Assembly (NCBI RefSeq): GCF_963921235.1 | Contig: NC_086108.1 | Coordinates: 112,842,001 to 112,906,000, forward strand | Source: Mobula hypostoma | Lineage: Eukaryota | DNA length: 64,000 bases | Reading direction: 5' to 3' | Shown here: positions 23,901-35,895 of the stretch, piece by piece | Position numbering within the stretch: the stretch's first letter is position 1 | Layout of the letters: every line of letters begins with the position of its first letter | Notes under the pieces: generated by a model | What the model was told of the DNA's origin: nothing | Databases searched by the model: none | Seen by the model: the letters and a program-made list of their open reading frames with translations, nothing else | Position numbers and translations under genes: made by a program

Positions 23901-26900
23901 CCTGGACATCCGCTCAGTCGATCCGCGAGCATAGTCCTGGCAGAACAGTCGGATGTGAGCCATGCCCACATCCCACCAGAGCCTCAGATGCCCCTGCTCC
24001 TGCCGCCAGGACCCTCAGAATAGCCGGAACGAATCCCGGAACCAGCCGTCCTGCAGCAGCCGGTCGTTGAAATGCCAGTACATGGACCCCACCCCAAAGT
24101 GCATTCAGCTCCATCCACACCTGGTGGTGGCCTGAGCAGGCAAATGGCCTTATGGAGGCAGCCGACACCATAGAGGTGTTGAGTTGGCCGACCTGTGAGC
24201 CCCCACACCCTCTGTATCTCCTTGAGGAAGCACAGAGGTCAGGGGGAAGGCTTTGCCAGATACCGACCAAGTCCGAGGACACGACCAACCCCCAGAACTT
24301 CCTCACCGATGCTCAACCACTCTGGGGGCCAGTGTGATCCCTCTCCTCGAGGGCGCAATTGAAATCACCCCCAGGATAATGCACTTGGTACGATCTACGG
24401 ACCCCAGCAATGCTGACACCTCTCAGACCAGGTGCTCCTGCACTGGGCCGGGCTCAGGGGCGTACACATTTATGAAATGCATTGGCAAGCCATCTTGTCT
24501 CACGGCGAGGTGAAGCACACAGCCTGGCACGAGTTCCTGAACCTGCAATATCTCTGCTTGGAAAAAAGGGGCCAACAGGATGGCCCCCCCCCCCCACTGG
24601 AGGTAGAGCTGAGGTGACTCGTGGAATCGTCTCCTAGAACGGCGTGGGTTTTCTGCAGGAAGCTCACTGCTTATCCCCTGTCCCAGAGGACAGAGAGATG
24701 ATGGAATCTGTGGAGCCCCCTGCTGCCATTTACATTAAGGGTCCCAACACCCAGCTTGCTGGCGCAGCTTATTGAGACCCTCACCAGAGCCGCTGGGAAC
24801 AGCAACACAGCCCTCCTTCGAGCCCTCTCCCGTCTTCACCCTGCAACTCTTCTCCAGGAACTCCAGGAGTCTCTTAAATTGCCGCCTCTCCTCACGGGTC
24901 ACCTCAGCTCCCCTCCCCTTCTTTTGGATAGTCGTGTAGATAAACGGAACGACCCCTCCCAGACCCACGGCGATCGGTGGCCAAATGGGCCTTGAAAGGT
25001 TTCCTCCAGTAGTCCCTCATGAACTGCTGGATCCCCTCCAGAGAGACGGGCTGTGACTTGGTGCTGGGGTCAAGGAAGTCACCATCTTGGCTTCATAAGA
25101 GTTCCTCTCTTCCTCCACACCGGGTCCAATGATCTCATCACCCTCCAAGTAGTTATCGTCTACACCTGATGTGACCACGTCACTCCTCACCTGAACAGGA
25201 GACCTGACTACGAGCTCTACCCCATCCCCAGGACCAGTGACACAGGGAGGCCCCACCACCTCTAGATGCAGAATTCATTGTAGTCATTGTCTGCACCTGA
25301 CGTGACCACCTCACTCCTCACTGTGGCCCTGATGGGAGATTCGAACACGAGCTCTACCTTATCCCCAGGACCAGTGACACAGGGAGGCCCCACCACCTCG
25401 AGATGCAGAATTCCTCCCTCATTCCAGACATAAGCTTGCTGGGTCGTACCCATCTCCACACCCTTGTTACCCTCACCGGAAACAGCACGAGGAGAGTCCC
25501 CAACCTGCTCACCCCTGGGGACACACTCCATCACATTAGCTGCGGTGGAATGGCGATCCAGGGTCGCTTCGGTTCCCCTCGTGGACTAAACCCTCCTCAG
25601 TAGGGCACTTGGCCTCAAATGAGGCAACAATCTGGGAAACCAATCCCTGTGGTGACCCGGTACCCACCGGCGACCCCTGTTCTACAGGGCTTTGCCCCTC
25701 CTCAGGGAATACACGCCCCGTGCTCGGTCTCATACGAGGCCACGACCACCTCCTCACATGGCCCCTCTAAAGTGATGTCGCTCACCAGCCCGGGGGATGT
25801 GTGTTCAGGAGATGTCTCCCCAGCAGAGGGTCCCCGAACGACAGAGCTATCCTCCAGCTCGGAGGGAATATAATCTGCACATACGGCCTTAACTGGGGGT
25901 AAATCCTCCCCCTGAGGTTCCTGATCCTCAGTCTTGTCCCTCCGCCGTTTCAGGCCGCAGATATGCAGAGGCACCCTGACCTCCATCACAGAGGCATCCT
26001 CAGCCTCCAGCACTACCTGACCACCCCCCCCCCCCAACAAACTTCCCCAGGCACTTGATGGGTTTCAGGAGCCACTGAACCCTCCAGACTCGGTTCAGCA
26101 GCAACAACCTGCTCCTTCTCCGGGGGAGAAACCTTCAGATGCTTTCTCTTCTTTTTCGCCTTCCTGCCCGCCACCTGTACCCACCCCTCACCATCACCCG
26201 CTACATGTCCAACCACGACTTCCACGGCTGGTGGCACGGGGGGGTGGGGGGTAACAGGGGGAGGAGGGACAGCCGGAGGGAAGTCAGCATAGGAAGGCCC
26301 AGCGCTATCACCTCTGTGCCTCCGAGGCAGAGTTGGCCGCCTGATGGTTTGGAAAATTCTTCCAAATCTGCCCAAACTCCTTACAGGCATGGCACCTTGG
26401 GTGACACACAGCCCATGGGATGGTATGGTAATGCCCTTCAAAATAAACCTGAAGCTGCCCCTCGGCGTCTCCACCCCAGTCCAGCTGTATGTAGGCAGCG
26501 CTGAAATAAGAATATGTCTCATAACCCCGCGGAGGTGCCCTGTACTGTACTGGGGTTATTTTCAATCGCACCTCGCCTGTGGAGTGCAAATACTGAAAGA
26601 GGGCCTTGTCAGCAATATGGGGGTGGACGTCAGAGAGTGTTACCACCTGCACGGGGCCCATCACCGTCTGCACCTGCTGATAAACCCTCCCCCGACTCAG
26701 GGCCAAAAACACACTCCTCGGTGACTTCAAATAGAAAACAGTTTTCCCATTCAAAGCCGCTGACACAACAATGCCCTCACAGTTTCCAAAAGTCTCCGCC
26801 ACGGCTTTTATGGCGACAATCCTACCGACCGAATTAGGCGCAGTATACTGTACAGTGTTCTTTAAAGTCAGTAATTTGAATGGGCGGTCCGCTTTGTGAG

Positions 26901-27045
26901 CTACACCTCCCGACCCGCAGCCTCCGCATATGACCTTGGCGAGAACATCTTACAGCTGAAACCTGCCATGACGTAGTTTGAATTCAAAAGTTCAACACGA
27001 CCACTAGGAAATGACACAGTCTACACCCAGCGGAACACCAGCAAA

Positions 27046-27577
27046 CATAGAAAAAAATAGGTACAGGAGCAGGCCATTCGGCCCTTCGAGCCTGCACCGC
27101 CATTCAGTATGATCATGGCTGATCATCCAACTCAGAACCCTGTACCTGCCTTCTCTCCATACCCCCTGATCCCTTTAGCCACAAGGGCCATATCTAACTC
27201 CCTCTTAAATATAGCCAATGAACTGGCCTCAACTGTTTCCTGCGGCAGAGAATTCCACAGATTCACCACTCTCTGTGTGAAGAAGTTTTTCCTCATCTCG
27301 GTCCTAAAAGGCTTCCCCTTTATCCTCAAACTGTGACCCCTCATTCTGGACTTCCCCAACACCAGGAACAATCTTCCTGCATCTAGCCTGTCCAATCCCT
27401 TTAGGATTTTATACGTTTCAATAAGATCCCCCCTCAATCCTCTAAATTCCAATGAGTATAAGCCTAGTTGATCCAGTCTTTCATCATATGAAAGTCCTGC
27501 CATCCCAGGAATCAATCTGGTGAACCTTCTTTGTACTCCCTCTATGGCAAGGATGTCTTTCCTCAGATTAGGGGACT
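27046..27577 (-). mobile_element. CR1 LINE 3' fragment inserted in the Tx1 5' region
   Basis: LYSLEFR.LRGDLIETYKI...FFTQRVVNLWNSLP motif followed by the CR1 tail. Confidence 0.9.
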
Positions 27578-28112
27578 AGAAAGAAACAGTCCAAAACAAA
27601 CAGTTCAGAGACGAGACAGGACAGGTTGGGAAAAAAGGGGTGGTTACACACTCCCAAAGCCTTCTGGTGGTCTCCAAAACTGTTCTTTGGCGACTTTGCA
27701 GCAAACTTCCAACTTAAGGAGAGAGCGCTCCGACAGAGCGAGCCTTTCTCAGTCCCGTCCCCTCCCTCAGTATCGCACTGCTGTGTCATCCTAGGTTTCC
27801 TGAATAGAACGTGAACGCTAATTTTTTGGACTCTGGGGTTGAGGAACTGATGTGTTGATCCATGTCGCCGGTGTGACATTTAAATCATCGACCAGCCTTG
27901 ATAAATAAAATCAGCTGTCCAGCAGCGTCCTGCACGCGAGCACAGAGCGCACAATGGCAGGCGTTCTGATTTCCCTTAAGGAGCTGAGCGTGTTGCTAAT
28001 TGCTCAACACTACTTGCAGGCTATTCAGCCCCTCTGCCCTGTACTGGTTGGTGCATGCCCTCCACATCAGGCTCCCGACTGTAACCATCGTATGTGCGCT
28101 CTGTCTACTCAC

Positions 28113-28216
28113 TTCTTGTGGTAAAACGTTGAATTCTCCCTTCGTTTGGTGAAGCCAATGGGTAAAAGCCTCAGGTTGACGCCGCACTTTCGAGCACGGT
28201 TCTTCATGAAGTTCAG
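28113..28216 (-). CDS. ZNHIT6: ZNHIT6 exon 5, [35 protein letters not shown]
   Basis: ttgcag acceptor and gtgagt donor; 104 nt; conserved FMKNRAR...LLP.GFTKR.ENSTF. Confidence 0.95.
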
Positions 28217-28255
28217 CTGCAAGTAACGAAAACAGACACAGCATTCATTCACCAA

Positions 28256-28466
28256 CATAAACACGAGGAATTCTGCAGATGCTGGAAATTCAAGCAACAC
28301 ACATCAAAGTTGCTGGTGAACGCAGCAGGGCAGGCAGCATCTCTAGGAAGAGGTACAGTCGACGTTAGTCCTGACAAAGGGTCCTGGCCCGAAACATCGA
28401 CTGTACCTCTTCCTAGAGATGCTGCCTGGCCTGCTGCGTTCACCAGCAACTTTGCTGTGTGTTGCT
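28256..28466. mobile_element. Short palindromic Penelope-terminus derivative with a central degenerate hammerhead and a 13-bp flanking direct repeat
   Basis: Arms at about 28293-28364 and 28392-28465 are inverted; ATTCATTCACCAA occurs on both sides. Confidence 0.85.
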
Positions 28467-28989
28467 ATTCATTCACCAAAGCAGCTTCACTAAAGGGTTA
28501 TACTTTAAAATGAAATACATTTATTTTATATAGATGTAGGAGCATCGGGACTAGGACTGCCAGACTGGGTAACAGCTTCTTCCCTCAGAACGTGAGACTC
28601 ATGAACACCCTGCCACCACCAAGGTCTTGTCACTAGGACAGCAAGTTATTTACTGTTTACCTGTGCTGTGCAGTTTTAATTTATCTTAACTTATTTATGG
28701 TAATATTTTGCTTAGTGTTCTGTGTCTGTTTTGTGGATGCACTGTGGTCGGGAGGCATGTTATTTCGTTTGCTTGGATATTTGTTCAGTCAGAGGACAAT
28801 AAACTTAAGCTTGTATTTGTTTGTTGGATTTGGCAAAATCACCTTACCTCTGGAGAAAACGGGCATGCAAAAGAACCTGGGAGTCCTCATGCAAGATTCT
28901 TGAAAAATTATTTGCATGCTATATGAATGCCAGCTTCTCTAATGTATATTTATTTTGCTCTTTTTGCATTTCTTGTTTAATTTCTTTTG

Positions 28990-29490
28990 TACAGAGTGGA
29001 TTCTGGCTAATCGGACAGCCACTTATTTGGGACAACTCTTAAAGAACAAAAACTAGTCGAGAAAATAGCCGTAATTCCCTTTGTTTATTGAGGACACTGT
29101 GCTGCTTAATTGGGACAGGAGACTGTTATCGAACAGTTTCTAACTAGCGTCAGCTGCGTGAACTTGTGTGGTCGGTAGACACAACAACGTGCTCAGAGTG
29201 AACAGTTTTTAAAATAGTGCCAGTGGCATGTGACTGTGTTCAAAAAGCAGTGATCTCTGTCACTGATAGTTGGTGAGAAATAAGCAGCGAGACAATTCTA
29301 AGCTGTTAAGCTCACTGCGGTTCCAAGCCTGAATGTTTGGAATTCAGAAACCACCAGAAACTGAAATGTTTTCACTACCTCAACAAGTTAAGAACTACGA
29401 AAAATGTGAAGGTATTGACAACCATCTTGAATGTTACAATGAAAATAAAGGTTTAGATGATGCAATTGTTGAAAGCATTGTATGAAGGCA
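28990..29490 (+). mobile_element. Tigger/pogo-like non-autonomous remnant
   Basis: TA-CAG start, repeated TAATTGGGACA-like subterminal motifs, acidic C-terminal-like remnant. Confidence 0.45.
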
Positions 29491-30300
29491 TAATTTTAAG
29501 ATGACTGGAGGCAAGTATTGTGGGGATGTCAGAGGCAGGGTTCTTTTAAATATAAACACGGAGTGATGGTTGCGTAGAGCTCCCTGCCAGGGGTGGTGGT
29601 AGAGGCAGTTATACTAGGGGCATTTAAGAGACTCTTAGAAAGGCACATGGATGATAGAAAATGGGAGGGCTATATGGAAGGGAAGGATTAGATTGATCTT
29701 AGAGCAGGTTAAAAAGTTGGAGCAACATAATGGGAAAAAGGGCCTGTACCATACTTAAATGTTCAGTGTTCTATGTTCTGTGCTTTAAGACGCTGCTGAG
29801 GACTAAGTTGGGAGTATTGTGTGCAGTTCTGGTTACCTACATACAGGAAAAATATTAGTAGGATTGAAAGAATACAGGGAAGATTTACAAGGATATTGAT
29901 AGGACTTGAGGACATGTGTTACAGGAAAGGGTTGAATAGATTTGATAGTGGTATACAAAATTATGAGTGTTATAGACAGAGTAAATGCAAGCAGGCTTTT
30001 CCCACTGAGTTTGGGCGAGACTACAACTACAAGTCATAGGTTAAGGGTAAAAGGTGAAATATTTAAGGGCAACATGATGGGAAACTTCTTCACCCACAGG
30101 GTTGTGAAAGTGTGGAACGAGCTGCCAGCACGCGTAGTGCATGCAAACTCGGTTTCAATGTTTAAGGTAAGTGTGGATAGGTACACGGACGGTAGTGGCA
30201 TGGAGGGCTCTGGTCTGGGTGCAGGTAGGCAGTTTAAATGGTTCAGCATGGACTAGATGGGCTGAAGGGTCTGTTCCTGTGCTGTACTTTTCCATGACTC
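29490..30300 (+). mobile_element. Two CR1 3' fragments
   Basis: QFW.P.YRK.I..IERIQ.RFTR and FFTHRVVKVWNELP motifs. Confidence 0.85.
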
Positions 30301-30547
30301 TGAGGTCTAGAGACCCGGGTTTGATCTTGACCTCCACGCTGTCTGTGTGGGGTTTGCGTGTTCTCCCGTAACTGTGTGGGATCCCCGCTCCCCCCGGCAC
30401 TCCAGCTCCCTCCCACATCTCAAAGGCGTGCTGGTCAGTAGGTGAATGAGCTGCGGTACGCTGCCCTCAGTGTGAGAGCGAGGGGTTGAGGAGTGGCATC
30501 GCATGGCACAGATTCCATGCCCCGTGACGCTACAACTAACAACTTAC

Positions 30548-30633
30548 GGCTCTAGTGGATGTTGGTCGGTTAACGAAGGTGTCTCGATGTGTGCTGTCCG
30601 CCAGTCTCCCGACGTCTTCCAGAAACCTGTAAT
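30548..30633 (-). CDS. ZNHIT6: ZNHIT6 exon 4, DYRFLEDVGRLADSTHRDTFVNRPTSTRA
   Basis: cttag acceptor and gtaagt donor; 86 nt; conserved DYRFLEDV motif. Confidence 0.95.
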
Positions 30634-30694
30634 CTAAGCTCACCAACATTACTCAGGGGTCGAGTGAGGGTTCTCAAGACTTTCCACAGAACAC

Positions 30695-32092
30695 GAGTCA
30701 TAGAACACCACAGCACAGAAACAGGCCCTTCAGCCCTTCTAGTCTGTGCAGAACTATCATTCTGCCTAGTCCCATCACCCCTCCATAACAAATTTCAGAG
30801 TTCTATGTGGATACATGCTTTGATAATAAATGAAGCTTTGAACTGTTATTCTGCCTTGTCCCATCTGGACCACAGCTCTCCATATACCCATCCAAATTTC
30901 TCTTAAATATTGAAAGCAAACCGACATCCACCGCTTCCACTGGCAGCTCGGCCCTCACTCTCACCACCCTCTGAGTGAAGAAGTTCCTCCTCACGTTCTC
31001 CTTAAATATTTCACCTTTCACCCTTCACCCATGACCTCTTGCCTCACCTGATCTTAGTGGAAACCCAAATAATAATGAGGCAGCCTACAGAGAAGTCATG
31101 ACCCTGACACAGTGGTGTCAAGAAAACAATCTCTCCCTCAATGTCGCAAAAACAAAGGAGCTGGTTGTGGATTACAGGAGGAATGGAAATGGGCTAACCC
31201 TTATAGACATCAATGGATCTGGGGCTGAGAGGGTAAACAGCTTTAAATTCCTCTGCATAAACATCACCGAGGATCTCACGTGGTCTGTACATACCAGCTG
31301 TGTACAACAGCTCCTCTTTCACCTCAGACGGTTGAAGAAGTTTGGTATAGACCCCCAAATCCTAAGAACTTTCTATAGGGGCACAATTGAGAGCATCCTG
31401 ACTAGATCATTAGGGACCCAAGTCACCCCAACCACAGCTTATTCCAGCTGCTACCTTCCGGGAAACGGTACCGCAGCATAAAAGCCAGGACCAACAGGCT
31501 CCAGGACAGCTTCTTCCACCAGGCCATCAGACTGATTAATTCATGCTGACGCAAACTGCATTTCTATGCTATATATTGACTATCCTGTTGTACATGCTAT
31601 TTATTAAAAGTTATTATAAATTGCATATTGTACATTTAGACAGAGACATAATTTACTCGCCATATATATGAAGGATGTAAGTAATAAAGTTAATTCAATT
31701 CAAATGCCTGCTTGCATTTACCTTGTCTATATCTCTCATAATTTTGTAATACCTCTGTCAAATCTCCCTTCATTCTCCGACACTCCAGAGAATAAAGTTC
31801 TAACCTATTCAACCAAGTCCGTGCCAAACTATTGTTCTGCCTTGTCCCATCTAGACCAAAGCCCTCCATAACCTTCTCATCCATATACTTAACCAAATTA
31901 TACAGTCCTAACCTATTCCATCTTTCCCTATAATTGAGGGCCTCAAGTCCCCACCACATCCTTGTAAATTTTCTCTGCATTCTTTCAATCTTATTGACAT
32001 CTTTCCTGTAGGTAGGTGACCAAAACTGCACACTATATTCCAAATTAGGCCTCATCAACGTTTTATACAACTTCAGCATAACATCACTTTTA
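30695..32092. mobile_element. CR1 fragments (minus) interrupted by a Rex1/Babar-like LINE 3' fragment (plus, about 31070-31700)
   Basis: WCQENNLSLNVAKTKELVVDYRR in ORF 31098; CR1 text resumes after about 31700. Confidence 0.8.
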
Positions 32093-32124
32093 ATCTCAAT
32101 CAGACTGGATGAGATCAACCTTAC

Positions 32125-32231
32125 CGCTGAGGAGCTGCATTTCTGTGAAATCAGTGATGGACCGGAATGCTGTTTTATCTCGAACACCACTGCATCCGCT
32201 CTCTGCCTTGTGCTTCTTCACACAGAGTAAA
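32125..32231 (-). CDS. ZNHIT6: ZNHIT6 exon 3, [35 protein letters not shown]
   Basis: tgtctag acceptor and gtaagg donor; 107 nt; matches the ZNHIT6 CVKKHK...C.GVRDKTA motif; phases consistent with neighbours. Confidence 0.95.
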
Positions 32232-32284
32232 CTAGACAGGTGACAGAAAGATCAGATTAGAGTCAATTCTACGGCTAGGCACAG

Positions 32285-33105
32285 CTCATTCGCCATCTAT
32301 AAATTTGCTGATGACACAAGTACTGTTGGCAGAATTACAGCTGGTGATAAGGCGTCCAGGAGTGAGATAGGTCAGCTGGTTGAGTGGTGCACTCAACATC
32401 AGTAAAACCAAGGAATTGATTGTGGACGTCAGGAAGGGGAAATCGAGGGAACACACACCAGTCCTCATCAAGGGATCAGCAGCCAAAAGAGTGAGCAGTT
32501 TCAAATTCCTGGGGATCAACATCTCCGAGGATCTATCCTGGGCCCAACATTTTTATGCAGTTATGAAGAAGGCACGCCAGTGGTTATAATTCATTAGGAG
32601 TTTGAGGAGATTTGGTATGTCACCAAAGACTCAAATTTCTACAGGTGTACGGTGGAGAGTATTCTAACTGGTTCCATCACTGTTTGGTACAGAGGGGCCA
32701 ATGCACAGGATCGGAAAACGCTACAGAAAGTTGTAAATTCAACCAGCTCCATCACGGGCACTAGGCTCCCTAGCATTCAAATAGTGATGACTCAGAAAGG
32801 TGGCATCCATCATTAAGGACTCCCATCACCCAGGACAAGCCCTCTTCTCATTGCTACCATCAGGGAGGAGGTACAGGAGCCTGAAGACACACTCAGTACT
32901 TCAGGGACAGCTTCTTCCCCTCTGACGATGAACCCATGAACACCACATCACTGTTCTTTTGCTCTCTTTTTGCATGACTTATTTAATATGTATTAAATAA
33001 AATAATAAAACATAGTTTTTATTGTGTATTGCAATGTATTGCTACTACAAAACAACACATTTGATGACACATGCCAGTGATATTAAAGCTGATTCTGATT
33101 CTGAC
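32285..33105 (+). mobile_element. Rex1/Babar-like LINE 3' fragment
   Basis: KFADDT, LNISKTKELIVD and FKFLGINISEDLSW motifs; ATTCTG tail. Confidence 0.8.
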
Positions 33106-33677
33106 GTACATGATACAGCTTAGTCATGAAGATCAGTCACAGAACACCTTCTGTAGACAACGGAAAGCCCTGGAACAATCCCACCAAACTGCCTTATGGA
33201 AGATTTTGAGTATCATCTGGAAGGACAGACGCACTAACACTAGCGTACCAGAGAAGGCCAACACTTCAGCATCTCCACTCACGTCACCACTTACTGCATG
33301 GATCCCGGATCAGCCCCTACAGCCACCTGAAGACCACCCACAGACAATCCCTTGAGGAGAACATTATAGTTAATTCGAGTGATCGCACTGCCACATTAAA
33401 CACCCGCACCTCCTCCCTTCCCCAACAGCACCAGGGGAGCACCTTCTCCAGATTGCAGTGGTTGAAAGAGACGGCAGGGGACAGGCAAACTGATTATTTC
33501 TGAAGCTGCAAGAAACTGCAGAGGGTTGTGGACACAGCTCAGCACATCACAGAAACCAGTCTCCTCTCCATGGGCTCTCTACACTTCTCACTGCCTTGGT
33601 AAAACAGCCAGCATCATCGAAGACTCCGCCAACCCCGGACATTCCCTCTTTTCCCCCCTCCCACCGGGCAGAAGATA

Positions 33678-35096
33678 CAGGTGTCCCCCGCTTTTTGAAC
33701 GTTCGCTTTATGAAACGTCACTGTTACGAAAAACCTACATTAGTTCCCTGTTTTCGCTAACAGAAGGTGTTTTCACTGTTACAAAAAAAGGCAGCGTGCG
33801 CCCCGAGCAGCCTCTCTCCCCCGGATTCGGAACTGCATTCTCGCCGGCATTGTTTAAACACGTGCCTGTGAGCAGCCGTTTGCAAGATGAGCTCTATGGT
33901 ATCGGAAAAGCCTGAAAGAGCTCATAAGGGCGTTACACTTAGCGTAAAACTAGACATAATTAAGCGTTTCGATCGTGGTGAACGAAGTAAGGACAAAGTG
34001 AGTTTGGCTTGTGGAAGTTGACGAAGATGATGTTGAAGAGGTTTTGGCATCCCATGAACAAGAACTGATAGATGAAGAGCTGATGCAGTTGGAAGAGGAA
34101 AGGATAACAATCGAAACCGAATGAGTAATGATAAAGTACGACTTTAATTTTGAAAGGGTACGTAGGTTTAGGGGATATTTGCAGGATGGTTTGAGTCCTT
34201 ACAAAGAACTGTGTGATAGAAAAATACGCGAGGCTCAGCAGACAAGCAAGCCTTCCACATCAGCCACAGCAGGCGACGAACCTCGACCTTCGACATCGAG
34301 GTGGGCAGTCATAGGAGAAGATGACGAGATGACACCCCAGTGTCCCACCACCCCAACACCCAGGCTGATTTGTGGAGAATGCAGCAGTAGCTGGGAGACA
34401 CACAGTACATCTTTAAGAAAAAAGGCGATGCAATCGCCTTTGATCTGGGCCGACAATTACGTGCCGAGTGGCACCTAATTAATTAGCATGTTTATTTCGG
34501 CTTTTTTCTTAAAGATGTGCTGTGTGCCTCCCGGCTACTGCTGTACCCCTGCATGCTTCGCGGCAATGTATCGGTCGGCGGCCTGGAGGGTGGGGGCCAC
34601 TGCACCACCCAAACTCCGACAAGTCTAACACACCATCATCAGTGTGCTCCGTGCTTCCCAATTCCGGTAAGTGATACTACACTGTACATACATTATTTCT
34701 ACTTTATATTGGCTGTGTATTTTTATGTGTTATTTGGTATGATTTGGCAGCTTCATAGTTTAAAGGTTACTGGAGAGCACTTGCGCCGTGTTTTTGCCGA
34801 TGGCGCTTGCGTGAGATTTTCGCTATGGAGAACAGTTCAGGCAATGATTGTGGAAAAGTATTTCTACTTTATATAAGTTGTGTATTTATCATATCATTCC
34901 TGCTTTTACTATATGTTACTGTTATTTTAGGTTTTATGTGTTATTTGGCATGATTTGGTAGGTTATTTTTGAGTCTGCGAATGCTCACAAAATTTTCCCA
35001 TATAAATAAATGGTAATTGCTTCTTCGCTTTACGACACTCCGGCTTACGAACCATTTCATAGGAACGCTCTACCTTCGGATGGCGGGGGAAACCCG
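33678..35096 (+). mobile_element. Internally deleted Tigger/pogo DNA transposon
   Basis: TA duplication; imperfect TIRs CAGGTGTCCCCCGC / GCGGGGGAAACCCG; HTH fragment GVTLSVKLDIIKRFDRGE; interrupts GGGCAGAAGA-TA-CAAAAG. Confidence 0.85.
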
Positions 35097-35895
35097 TACA
35101 AAAGTCTGAAAGCATGTACCACCAGGCTCAAGGACAGCTTCTACCCTGCTGTTAACAGACTCCTATTCTGACCCCTTATACAATAAACTCCTGATTTCCC
35201 AGTCTCCCTCATGACCTTTGCACCTCGTCTACCTGCTCTGCACCTTCTCTGTAACTGTAATGTTATTCTGATTTCTCTGTACCATGGTGAATGTATAAAA
35301 TTTAATTTAGAGATACCACACAGTAACAGGCCCTTTTGGTCCAACGACCCTGCGCTGTCCAATGGCCATCATGTGTCTGTAACCTATTAACCCGAACGTC
35401 TTTGGATGGTGGGAGGAAACTGGAGCATGTAGAAGAGTAGAGCAGAGGAACAGGCCATTTGGCCCACAATGTTGGGCCGAACCAGCTAAAAAGCAAATCA
35501 ACACCCAAACACTAATCCCTCCTACCTATGCCATGTCCATATCCCTCCATCGTCCTTACATCCATGGGCCTATCCAAGCATCTCTTAAAAGCCTCTGATG
35601 TATTTGCCTCTACCACCACACCAGGCAGTGCACCCCAGGCATCCATGACTCTCTGAGTGTAAATTTACCCCTCACATCCACCTCTCACCTACCCCCTCTC
35701 ACTTTCAATGCATCCCTCCGGTATTAGTCACCTCAACCCTGGGAAACACAGATACTCTCTGTCCAGTCTATCCACGCCTCTCATAGCCTTGTAAACCTTT
35801 ATCAAATCTTCTCTTTTGAACTCAAAGCCTCGACTAATAAAAGCAAGAATTCCATAGCCTTCTTAACCAACTTAAAGCCCTCTGTAGCCATTTTC

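Larger units (their letters stand above)
19570..27761 (-). mobile_element. Decayed Tx1-clade (L1 superfamily) non-LTR retrotransposon: 5' UTR, ORF1 (about 26800-24750), APE endonuclease (two copies), RT (about 22340-21400), C-terminal Cys motif
   Basis: NVYAP/TVYAP endonuclease motifs; DGLTVEF..FW and LKNWHPVS RT motifs; C-terminal HRAVPCNRFL..FTD..CPSCG.EE. Confidence 0.8.

Noticed and set aside
27996..28244. Alternative frame [15 protein letters not shown]..., faintly KChIP-like
   Set aside because: The other frame matches ZNHIT6 and fits the phases of exons 4 and 6
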